From assembly GCA_964016885.1 (NCBI GenBank), contig OZ024742.1, forward strand, positions 94,550,001 to 94,614,000: 64,000 nt of DNA, written 5' to 3'. Position numbers and translations under genes: made by a program. Under the pieces are notes generated by a model. It was not told where the DNA came from and ran no database searches. It worked only from the letters and a program-made list of their open reading frames with translations. This document shows, one piece after another, positions 27,497-38,701 of this stretch (its first letter is position 1; every line of letters starts with the position of its first letter). Origin of the DNA: Eledone cirrhosa. Its lineage: Eukaryota.

Positions 27497-28145
27497 TGAT
27501 TTTGGTAAATGTTCACTAAGGTACACTATGACTAATGTGAATATTTCGGGTTGGAGGGGGGGGGGTTAGTTAGGAGTCATCACTTTCTGAACTGTTATCT
27601 TGGTCATTTCTATTTTTTTGTTTTATTGGTGATGAGCCATGGTTCTGGGAAGATTCTCTTGCAATGTTTTTATCATCCCATATAATTAGCTTCTCAAATT
27701 TGTTTGCTAGGATATGGGGATTCAATTTTAGTGAACGTTTACAGAGGCTGTGGCTTTGTTTGTTCTGAATAATGATGCAGCGCTCTATTGGTCTGAAAAG
27801 TCAGGGCACCAATTAAATTCTTATTGGGTCAGTGACAACCTGTCCAAACCTAGAAGGAAAACAGATATTAACTGATGATAATGGTGATATATACTCTTTT
27901 ACTGGTATTAATGAATACATTTAGTTGATCATATCAACTCCTGTACTTATTTCATCAATGTCTTTTTGTTGAACATATGTGCTACTGGCTTCTACATAGT
28001 CTCTACCAAATTTGACTTACAAAGCCTAGGTCAACAGATGATTACAGTAAAGAACACTTGCCTGGGGTACCTTACGAAGTGATTGAACCTAAAACTACGT
28101 TGTTCTGAAACAATCTCATAAACACCAAAGCCTGCACCCCAAAAA

Positions 28146-28267
28146 GATGTTTACAGTACCTAGGTTTATCAAGCAGTCACCCATCTAATTATTAACTAGA
28201 CTCAACATTGCTTAACTTCAGTAATCAGACAAGAAGCGGTGTTTTCAACGTGCTATAACTATCAAAG
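28146..28267 (-). pseudogene. 5S rRNA pseudogene
   Basis: Reverse complement cacgttgaaaacaccgcttcttgtctgattactgaagttaagcaatgttgagtctagttaataattagatgggtgactgcttg matches invertebrate 5S with many C>T/G>A changes; T5 run follows. Confidence 0.85.
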
Positions 28268-28593
28268 AGTTTTCATTGAGTTGTGTTGGTGTAATCTCAG
28301 TCTTGTGTTAAAGCTATTGTCTTTACAATCCTTTGTTTTCATATCTCTAATAATCATAGCTTTCACATACAGAATTGCTTATGTCATTTGATTTATAAAG
28401 ATGAAGTGAGAAGCTATTATGTTTCTGTTGTTATAGCAGACAATCTAGAATTGTTAGATATATAATTATTGTTTTAATGTTTCTACAATGTTAGACAGAC
28501 AGACAAATATCATGCAGAGAGAGATGTACATACGATTTCATATTATACTGACACATACATAAAGGTATGTGTGTGTGTGTTTGCTTATATATA

Positions 28594-28655
<62 letters not shown>

Positions 28656-28853
28656 GCTCAGTACATAATTATTGTTTTAATGTTTGTACATATACAGATA
28701 GACATACATTAACATACACAGAACGATATATATTCAGTATATAATTATTTTAATGTTTGTACATTGATACAGACATCCATAAACAGTGACGTAGGCATAT
28801 TACACTTACACATACATATGAAATAACCTAACAGCTCCAACACTCTCATATAT

Positions 28854-28903
<50 letters not shown>

Positions 28904-28982
28904 CAAAGAAAGTGTGGTAAGAAACCAAGTGAACCATAAAGCACCAGCATACTCGATACTTAGGGTAGTAGAGTGGGTAATT

Positions 28983-29363
28983 GGAAAAGAGTCAGAAACC
29001 CGATGGCTGAGCTCCGGCTGTTTCGACAGCTAGATCCAAACTAACCCAGCAGTATTAAGACGGCGTCTATCTAGCTGAACTTATCAAGGAGTACAGTCTA
29101 TATATGTGCATGCAGTCAAAACAAAAAAAGCAGTATCAAATCAAACAACCCTAAAAAATTGTTGTTTTTCTTGTCTATCACAAGAAGTGGCCAATGATTT
29201 GATTTGATACTTCTGAATTTTTTGTTTTGACTGCATGCCCATATATGGACTGTACACCTTGATAATTTCAGTTAGATCCCCGCCGTCTTAATACTGCTGT
29301 GTTAGTTCGTATCTAGCTGTCAAAAGGACCAGAGCTCAGCCGTCGGGGTCCTGACTCTTTTCC
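28983..29363. repeat. Inverted repeat (~165 bp arms, ~50 bp spacer) in (TA)n
   Basis: ggaaaagagtcag...gtatcaaatcaaa mirrors tttgatttgatac...ctgactcttttcc. Confidence 0.95.
28997..29092 (-). ncRNA. Type I hammerhead-like motif with UUGAUAA core (mirror at 29254..29349, +), each arm partly decayed
   Basis: Two-arm consensus ACTCC TTGATAA g-tt-CAGCTAGAT..ATCTAGCTG-t-c GAAA CGGC..GCCG TC GGGGT. Confidence 0.65.
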
Positions 29364-29724
29364 TATATATATATATAGTGATAGTAATGTCCAGTTATTG
29401 TAGGCAGTGGCGGACTGGCCAAGTTGCCAGGTTGCTCAATGGTAAGTGGGCCCCAGGTGGCCCATGGTAGCATTGCAGGGGCCAATGCTTTTGCTTTCAA
29501 AATATATCTTTAAAAACATGTCTTAGAGAAAGTATAACAAATTTTAAAAAATAAGTAAACAAATAATCAAAGCATTTGGTCAAACAATTCTAAAATATAT
29601 GACCAAAATGTATGACAGTGCTAACAGTTGGAATCACTGGTTGTCTGAATTTATAGCTTACTGTATTAATTAATTGCATGCATACATGGACACAAACACA
29701 CGCATATATATATATATAGAGAGA

Positions 29725-31458
29725 GAGCGAATTGATCTAGACGAAATGCAGTTCGGGTTTGTGTCAGGAAAAAGTACAACAGACGCTCTTTTCATTGTAC
29801 GACAACTACAGGAGAAGTACCTAGCTAAAAGTAAACCCCTATACTTAGCTTTTGTTGACTTGGAGAAAGCCTTTGACAGAGTACCCCGATTATCTGGAGG
29901 GCCCTTAGAAAACTAGGTGTTGATGGATGGCTTGTGAGAGCTATACAAGCCATGTATAAAGAAACAGTCAGCAAGGTTAGAATTAACAACGAATATAGTG
30001 AAGAGTTTAGCGTAAAAGTTGGTGTTCATCAGGGCTCCGTCCTTAGCCCCCTACTATCTATTATTGTCCTTCAGGCTATAACAGAGGAGTTCAAGACTGG
30101 CTGCCCATGGGAACTCCTATATGCAGATGATCTAACGCTCATAGCTGAATCAATGGCTGAACTAGAGAAGAAATTCCAAACATGGAAGCATGGCCTAGAA
30201 TCAAAAGGCCTTAAAGTTAACTTTTCTAAGACTAAAGTTCTAGTTTGTAGGAAGGAAAATAGGGCACAGGTCCCATCTGGGAAAAAGCCATGCTCGGTGT
30301 GTAGGAAAGGAGTAGGTAGAAACTCCATTTTATGTTCCAAATGCAAAGTATGGGTACATAAAAGATGTAGTGGGATCACAGGTAAGCTAACTAAGAATAT
30401 AGATTTTATATGTGGCCGATGCTCTGGTGCAATAAGTAGCAAGTGCCCACAGAATACTAACTCATTCCATTGCACAGATGGTTCTATAGAAATAGTGGAC
30501 AGCTTCCGTTACCTGGGTGATTAAATCAGCAGTGGGGGAGGGTGCTCTGAAAGTACAGTAGCTAGAGTCAGAACGGGATGGAAATAGTTCAGAGAGCTTA
30601 TACCCACTATTAGCTGCTAAAGGGTTCTCTCTAAAAATGAAAGGCAGGCTGTATGATGCATGCATACGAACAGCAATGTTACATGGCAGTGAGACCTGGG
30701 CATTGTGTGCAGAGGATATACGCAGACTGGAGAGAAACGAAGCTTGCATGCTCTGCTGGATGAGTAATAGTAATATACGTGAACGGCAAAGCATAAACGA
30801 ACTAAGGTAGAAATTAGAAATAAGAGGGATCAGATGTTGTTTACTCGAGAGAAGACTACGTTGGTATGATCACGTGATGCGCATGAAAGACGACAGCTGT
30901 ATAAAAAAGTGCAGGGCAATAAAAATAGACGGTAGCCACGGAGTAGGCAGACCCAGAAAAACCTGGGACGACTTGATAAATTCCGACCTCACACACTTAC
31001 ACCTCTCCAAGACAATGTCATTGGACCGAGAGCTTTGGCGCTACACAGTAATAGAGAAGACCCGCCTTACCTAAGTACAAAGTGAAACCTACTACAGTCA
31101 GTAGGTACCTCTAACAAAATACACCCCCGTCCCACTATCCACACTCGATCCACACCTTTCAATGTAAAGTTATGTTCGTGTCACAACATCCAGCCCGAAA
31201 CAAATGAGATCGTGTAGGTGTCACGACAAAAAACATACAGTCCACGCTGTAATGTGGCCGTGTAGGTAACACGGTAAAAACCTCCCAGTTCCACACTGTA
31301 AATGTGGTTGGTGTTAGGAAGGGCATCCAGCCGTAGAAAACCAGCCAGATAGTCCTATGCGAGCAAGATAACCACTCTTGCCTCAAGTGGGAAAACTCCC
31401 GTCCAAACCCATGCAAGCGTGGAATATGAACGTTAAACGATGATGATGATGATGATGA
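29725..31458 (+). mobile_element. 5'-truncated RTE LINE with frameshifts and stops
   Basis: MQFGFVSGKST, FVDLEKAFDRVPR, GVHQGSVLSP, LYADDL, GRPRKTW, 3' UTR and (ATG)n tail. Confidence 0.95.
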
Positions 31459-32449
31459 TATATACTTACACATACACACAAGATGCTGGCCAAATATTTT
31501 TTATATCAATGGGTTAAAGACTAGTGGTCAGTTCTTCAGTCTAAAGTCTCTAGGGAGAATGAGTAGCCAAATAATGTTTGTGCAAGTTGAAAACTTGTAT
31601 GTATACTTATATATAAATCTATATATACACATGTACACACATACACACACTCCCAGATATATATTGAGAGAGTATGAAAGACCAAATGTCATTATTGAAA
31701 GTCTCTGGATGTGTATATTTCACAAGGTACTTTATATTTTTTATTGGAGAATGTAACAATGGTCACTAGCATACTCTACTCTAAATAACAGTATACTATA
31801 CATTCACAATTATTTAAAAATTCAATTATAACATTCTGTATTAATATTTAGTATTACTGTATACTGCCAGTAATATGTATAAAAAAAAATACACATTTTT
31901 TTCCACAAAAATTTGATTGCACTGTTTTGTTTTCACTTATATATTTTTTGAAAATGTTGTTTATTCATTATAAAAATTAAATGATAGCATTCTATATGTT
32001 GGTGGGCCCCCTTTATCTCCTGGCATATATATATATATATATACGTATGTATGTTTGTATGTATATTGGCGCAGGCATATATTTGATAATTTTAGCCACA
32101 TGGTTATGTAAGACACCTTTGCTTTCTTCAATTATAGCTTTGGGTCAACCAATGCCTTGGTAGTGACATTGGTAATGGAAACTGTAGAGAAACCTGTCAT
32201 TTATGTATTTGTGCTTATAAGTGTTCGATTCACACACATACATGAGTGTGTGCATGAATGTGTTTCACTCGTGGGGTACGATTCTCAAGAATCCAAGAGT
32301 CTGATGAGCTATAGATTCCAGTGTTGGATCGGATCACTACTGATTGTATATTGAGCTGAGTGAAAGGAAAACGCACATCACATGTGAATAAACATAATGA
32401 TATTTCATTGATATTTCGTTTCTGCTCCTTATTATTATTATTGGAGTTG

Positions 32450-32665
32450 GATTGGCTGTATGGGTAGAGGGTCAGACAACATGTTTCGCAGAATAAAGTT
32501 ACGGCTCTTTATGTTCTGAGTTCAAATCCCGCTAAGGTTAACTTTGCCTTTATTCTTTACGGGGGTTCAATAAAATAAAGCACCAGTAAGTAATGGGTTC
32601 GATTTAATCGACTTTCAACTCCCCTTGAAATTGCTAGCCTTGTGCCTAAAGTAGAAACGATTATT
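32450..32665 (+). mobile_element. Nin/Deu-domain tRNA SINE, longer variant
   Basis: gagttcaaatcccgc..actttgcctttattctttacggggg..aataaaataaagcaccagt..gccttgtgcctaaagtagaaac. Confidence 0.75.
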
Positions 32666-32939
32666 ATTATTATTGGGGTTCATTAACAAAAAGAATTTCT
32701 TGTTTTTTTTTGTGTATCTTCGACTAATTTGACCGTCGACATGCTCACAATCAAATTTTTTCCTGAAATCAAAACTGGGGTGGAGGCACCCGCCCACCCC
32801 ACGACTGTTTTTGGATAATGTAAGTCCAATGTTAGATTGATTGAAAAGAAATGAAAACCCTACAATAAACAATATTCCCACGGAAAAGAACTGCGAAGTT
32901 AGAAAAAATGAGGATCCCCCCCCCCCCGCCCCAATAGAC

Positions 32940-33260
32940 ATTATCATCATCATCACCATCATCGTTTAACGTCTATCTTCCATGCTAGCATGGGTTAGAC
33001 GGGAATTGTCCCACTTGAGGCAAGATTGGTCGGGTGACCGTGTCTCACTCGTATAGGACTGTATCTGGCAGGTTTTCTATGGCTGGATGCCCTTCCTAAC
33101 ACCAACAACATTTACAGTGTGGACTAAGAGCCTTTTTACTATGTCTCCTACATGACTACTTTACAGCATGGAATGGGTGCTTTTCGTCATGACACCTACA
33201 CGACCACTTTAGTGTGGACTGGATGTTCTGTGGTACAAACGTAACTTTACAGAGAAAGGT
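32940..33260 (-). mobile_element. RTE 3'-UTR-only fragment (related short pieces near 0.6, 2.3, 24.7, 35.1, 56.5, 58.0 and 60.0 kb)
   Basis: catcatcgtttaacgtc..ccatgctagcatgggtt..ggatgcccttcctaacaccaac. Confidence 0.75.
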
Positions 33261-34229
33261 TAGTGTGGGTGGAAGTGGGAGGATGGAGTAGAGGTAGTGG
33301 GTTGGGGTGTATATTTGGTTAAAACATATTAGTTGAAAACACACAAAAAAGCAACAAAGCCCACACACACATAGAACAGACGTTTCACCACTTCTGCACA
33401 CATCTTTCTTCGTCTTCTTATCTAAGATAACTTTAGTGTAGGTATAACTAAGTTTTATAAGCTTAGCTTATAAACAAATGTAAAGAAACATTCATATCCT
33501 GTGTATTTTATTAAACACATGATAGTACGTAAGTGACACATCCAATTTAAGTTGCATAATGTACATTTGGCATACACATTGTTAATCAATCAAAGTAATG
33601 TCACATGTGTTTGTATATTTATGCATATAGTTCCCTCTGTAACTTAAAATTTACACACACAATACATTTTCTATATTAGTTATGTTGCTATAATGAGATT
33701 TCTTTCCAATCACAATGTCATAAGTTCTAATGATATATTTGTTCCCGTAGATAGTTATTTCTCCAAAGTTTCTCATTCATTTAATTCTGTATGTCTTATG
33801 CATATATATGCTGAACATTTATGTATTATACACTAGAGATAAATCATTTAAATATCCTTTTCATCTTTAACCACTATTTGTTAATAATCAATATAAACTA
33901 TAGGATTTCTCATAGTGAAACCATTAATTTCTAAAAATACAAATGTCCTTGTTTGTATGATTGTTCAAATATCCAGAAATCCTGACATGCATGGCACACT
34001 TATCCTGACCTCCCAAAATAAAATTAGATACATTCAACTCTATTGCCATCGTTACTGATGGCACTGATCCACTAGTTGAATAATAAATGTGTACACCACA
34101 CCATATATTTAGAAAACTGCTATAAAATAATTTAATATAGTATAACAAGCCTCACTGAAAATTTAAACAAATGTGAAAAACATTCTCTTGTTCTCATAGA
34201 ATGTAAAACATCACCATTAGAACTGCTCC

Positions 34230-35060
34230 CATCATCACCTCATCACCAGTGCAACCACTATTACCTTACTCCATTCCACCATCATCAAAATACTATAAAG
34301 ATCACAATCAAAACTATGTTTACCACTATCACTACCACAACTACCACTTCAACCATCATTACCACAACTACGATCAACATAACTGCCATCACCATCATTA
34401 CCACCATCACTGCCATCACCATCACTGCCACTACCATCACTGGCACTACCACCGCACTTCCTCCCACCCCAACCATCATCACCACCATCACTACCAACAT
34501 CACTACCATTACCACAACTACCATCACCATCACTACTGTCACTACCACCACCAACTCTATCCCCACTGCCTACCACTCCAACCACCATCACCACCATCAC
34601 CATCAATACTAATCTTATAACCCCCCCCCCCCCCCCCCCCTCTACCATAATGATACCATAATAATTCCAAAAGATATAATGTAATTTCTCTGCTAATGTC
34701 TTCATATATGGTAAACAACTTGTGTCTTTGGGCTGTTGTCTCACAGCATTGCTGCTCCTGTTAATATTACAATTATTATTGCTGTACTGCTGTTGTTGTA
34801 TTGTTCGTATTACAGTTGCTGTTATTAGAATTGTTGTTGCTATACTCCTGTTGTTATAATTGTTGTTACATTTGTTGCTGTTTCTTTCTTGTTCATGTTA
34901 TAGTTGTTGTTATTAGAGTTGTACTTGTTACAGTTGTTATTGTTGCAGTTGTTGCTATTTAGTTGTTAATGATATTACAGTAATTATATTTATATATGTT
35001 TTCTTGCTACTGGTGATTTTGCAGTTGTTGCTGCTGCATTTAGAACTTATTGTTACTGAC
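34230..35060. repeat. CAC/CAT tract followed by TTG tract (low complexity)
   Basis: Spurious poly-His/Thr/Val ORFs in several frames. Confidence 0.85.
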
Positions 35061-35452
35061 CAGAGGATAGAGATGATTCTTCAGTTGAGTGCATGACCTA
35101 CAACATCTCCTGTGCTAGTCTCATGATAAAACACACCCAGTATATGCTGTAAGGTGGTTGGTGATAGGAAGAGCATCCAGCTATTGAACCATATCAAAAA
35201 GGTTTTAGAGAACTCTTCAGTTTGTCAGTGGTACAACATCTGCAGTGTTGGTGACATGATAAGTCTTTGAGCAACCATCTGGCTTGTTCTCCCTCATAGT
35301 GGTGACAACCGGGTTCCAGGCTCCCAAGCTATAATTCCCCTGTGAAGGGTTTGGTGTGGCAACAGGCGTGTCCCTCCCCATAGTGATGCCATCCACTTCC
35401 ACTCTGCAGATGTAGTTACTGCACCAAACTGTGGTCCCGCTGTGAGGAAGGG

Positions 35453-35652
35453 NNNNNNNNNNNNNNNNNNNNNNNNNNNNNNNNNNNNNNNNNNNNNNNN
35501 NNNNNNNNNNNNNNNNNNNNNNNNNNNNNNNNNNNNNNNNNNNNNNNNNNNNNNNNNNNNNNNNNNNNNNNNNNNNNNNNNNNNNNNNNNNNNNNNNNNN
35601 NNNNNNNNNNNNNNNNNNNNNNNNNNNNNNNNNNNNNNNNNNNNNNNNNNNN
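35453..35652. other. Assembly gap (200 N)
   Basis: Run of N. Confidence 1.
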
Positions 35653-35811
35653 CATGCAGGCATATTTACAAAAATAGACACTCACGGACACAGCATGATA
35701 GCAGTGTTTGTTAAATTTTGAAATGGGAGGGTAAAATGAAGCGTAAACTTTTTATTTATTCATTTTTAACAACACAGTTTAACTATTTTTTTGAAAACTC
35801 ATTTGTTGTTA

Positions 35812-36470
35812 CAGGTTTATTCACAGTTGTATAAAAAATATAATAATATAATGCTTACAGAACAAAAACACAAACAAATATAATATATACAATGGAAAGG
35901 GAAAGGAAAATACGAAAGAGAAAAACACACAAACAGGTAATACACACATCTAGGACCACATACGACAAAAGGCAGGCGAAAGGGGTGGATAAACGAGCTG
36001 CTTCCAGAGCAAAATATAATAGTATTGCGAGGAGCACTGAGTAACATCTCTAATAATTTTTTAGGCAAGCCAGCATGATGCTCTGGAACAATCAAGCGCT
36101 CTCATGAACATCACCAGTTACCTCTGTTAGGTGAGTCGTCAGTGAAGATAAGAACCTCGCTGTCAGTAGCCCAACTCCAAAACATCTCGAACGCCACAGA
36201 CTGGAAAATGTAGGTAGCCGACAGACCAGGGTATTTTAGGATTTTGTTCCGTTCAGCTGCAGGTACTGTAGCTCTCACTCTTACTGCTGCAGGATGTGGG
36301 ATGAAGCAAGAGAGTCACTAACTGTGACGTCTCAGATAAGGCACCTACCTCTTGACCAGGGACACAGAGTAAGACCGTCAAGTCTTTTTTCATCAATCCT
36401 AGACAACTCAGGCAGTTCTAAAACCGAGGGAATGTTTGCCCAGCCCAAAGCTCTTAAGTGGTAATAGGAC
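35812..36470 (-). mobile_element. CRE-like non-LTR retrotransposon 3' fragment (restriction-like endonuclease) with 3' UTR
   Basis: Manual translation [49 protein letters not shown] and LTEVTGDVHESA*LFQSIMLA; ends near aataaa. Confidence 0.75.
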
Positions 36471-36639
36471 AGTGTGTGTATGTGGGTGCACGTACGTTTG
36501 TTGGTATTCTTAAATTAGACACGTGTGTGTGTCACCGTTTTTTAAGTTAGAGACGTATATATGTGTGTATCCCTTTCCTTCCTTTTACACACACATACAT
36601 CTACACAAAATACACAACACACATTGTGAGATGGACGGA

Positions 36640-36962
36640 TGGACAGAAGTCACTCAAATGTATATACATGAAAATGGAGTTCGACTGAAGCAGGTAGAGA
36701 AGTTCAAGTATCTCAGGGATGTGTTTATGAGTGATGGAATGCAGGAGGCTGAATTAAGTGGCAAGAATTGCAAAAGCTGATACAGTAATGCACCAGCTTC
36801 AGCATTCAGTAATCAGAAGGAAGGTAGGTGTAAAAGCCAAACTCGCTGCGAACCTTTACCGAGGGTCATGAATCTTGGGTAATGACCGAAAGAATACAAT
36901 TGCAAATACAAGCGGGCGAAATGGGGTTCCTCCGAAGGGTCTTTGAAGTAACGTTACTTGAT
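36640..36962 (+). mobile_element. Fragment of another RTE family
   Basis: LKQVEKFKYL..FMSDG; MTERIQLQIQAGEMGFLRRV. Confidence 0.75.
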
Positions 36963-38029
36963 CTCAGAAATAAGTGGGCGCAGAAGAAGATATTGTCAAT
37001 TTACGTTTCAATTTACATATATCTATTTGCATATAATACCAATATACACACTACATATGGTAGCAGAAAACCGCCCAAAGGGTGGTTTTTCTGCTAGTAT
37101 ATATAATGATTGGCGCCAGGGCCAACTCTGCATCGGCCTCTAATCAGATATACACGTTCGTAGGCACAAAAACACATACAAACTGTCGAAAGGGGCCAAG
37201 AAATCTCTTTATGTACACTTATTGTGGGGTATGTGGGAGGAAGATGAATAAATAATTAAATGAATAGATGAATGGATAAGGAATAACAATGAAATAGAAA
37301 AAATGATAAATACAATAAAAATAAAAAAATTAGAAAGGACAGAAAGTCAAAATAGAGAATAAAATAAAATATAGCAATGACTGTAGCAACAACTACACCT
37401 GCCACAACCACGACAACAACAACGGTGATGATAGTCAAGGTCATGCTTTTTTGAAGACCGCTATACAGCCCGGTGGATGGGTCACTGAATGGTGTGAGCT
37501 AGCTGTGAAGCCTAATTGGACAGGGCAAGCAATTATCAATGCCTATATCAGGCTATAGTATGGCGGTGTCACACTTGAGTGACAGCGATGACGATACCCA
37601 TGTCAACATCATCTTCATCGACAACAGCAGCATGACCACCAGCAACAGCAATAATTGATGATAAAACCCAGAGTCAACCTTTCGCTACGACAGCACCGAC
37701 AATAGTGGCAACGAAGATATCAACCACAACAACAACATTATCAACCTCGACTATGACTTCAATAAGTGCTGCCGCATAGCAGAAGCAGTGGTGGTAGCAT
37801 CAATAGTATTAGGAGCAGCAAGACTACTTATCCCGACACAGTGGCAGCATTAGTAGTATTAGCAACACTACTAGTAATTGTGACAGTACCGGAATTTCCA
37901 CAAAAATGTGTCACATTCGCCCTTGGATATATACGCATTGTGATACATTCTTGTTTGTATTTGATTGTACCAGGTTAGGGTGTAGCTGCTATGGAAGGAA
38001 GTAATTGGCAGATAATAACATCAAAACAA

Positions 38030-38260
38030 GCTTTGTAAAATCGTTCGACAAGAACCCATACCTCATTCGCTTACCGTGTGAAATGGAACTCGTCAAATCT
38101 GACTACGGAAACAATGTTTCCATTGGTCTCTCCATTGCTGACACTATCTACCTGTTGCAACTCCTGGTAGAATGAACAATATGAAATAAGGTGCTTTGCT
38201 GAAGAACATAATGCATAAGAACATAATGCACAGCTAGTTACACGCTGGTGGGGATCGCTT
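38030..38260 (-). mobile_element. Degenerate tRNA-derived SINE
   Basis: Shares cgtcaaatc..ggaaac..tgtttcc.ttggtct.tcca..ctatcta..gcaactcc.gtagaa with 44845..45062. Confidence 0.65.
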
Positions 38261-38299
38261 GTGTGAAAAATATAGCTGAGAATGTAGAATTTCTTGAGT

Positions 38300-38640
38300 G
38301 CCGGCCTCTCAGTATTATTCCAGATTTATTGATTTAGTCTTTAATTTGATAATTTTCACGGCTTCAGCCAAGCAGTGGCAACACTGTTCCCGACATGGAG
38401 AGTATGGTCGTGCGAGTTTAACAATGCTCCAGCAACTATTAAACTTTGCCTGTGCGTCCTTGTGTTTCCAAATCAGGTCGGCCAGCCTTGTACAAGAACG
38501 TTGGTTCATATTAAATGAATTAATATGGTTGTAAAATGAGCCTTGAGTGTTGTAAATGTAGCTCCAATATAAATGCGCCTTCATTTATGGGTATCAACCA
38601 TGTTTTTAGTCAACCACTTGTTTTTCAGGGTGCATTCACT
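38300..38640 (-). mobile_element. Penelope-like GIY-YIG fragment
   Basis: YIGATFTTLKA/ YNHINSF..TRLADLIWKHK..WSIVKLARPYSP..CCHCLAEAVKII. Confidence 0.8.
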
Positions 38641-38647
38641 ATTATAT

Positions 38648-38699
<52 letters not shown>

Positions 38700-38701
<2 letters not shown>

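Noticed and set aside
27540-27835. Minus-strand coding-like stretch ending KNRNDQDNSSESDDS*
   Set aside because: No recognisable family or splice signals; cannot be supported as an exon
29404-29490. cagtggcggactgg hAT-like TIR start
   Set aside because: No matching opposite TIR or TSD found
34249-34744. His/Thr/Val/Gly-rich ORFs (also 26421..26711 and 16106..16351)
   Set aside because: Trinucleotide low complexity open in several frames, no splice or domain evidence
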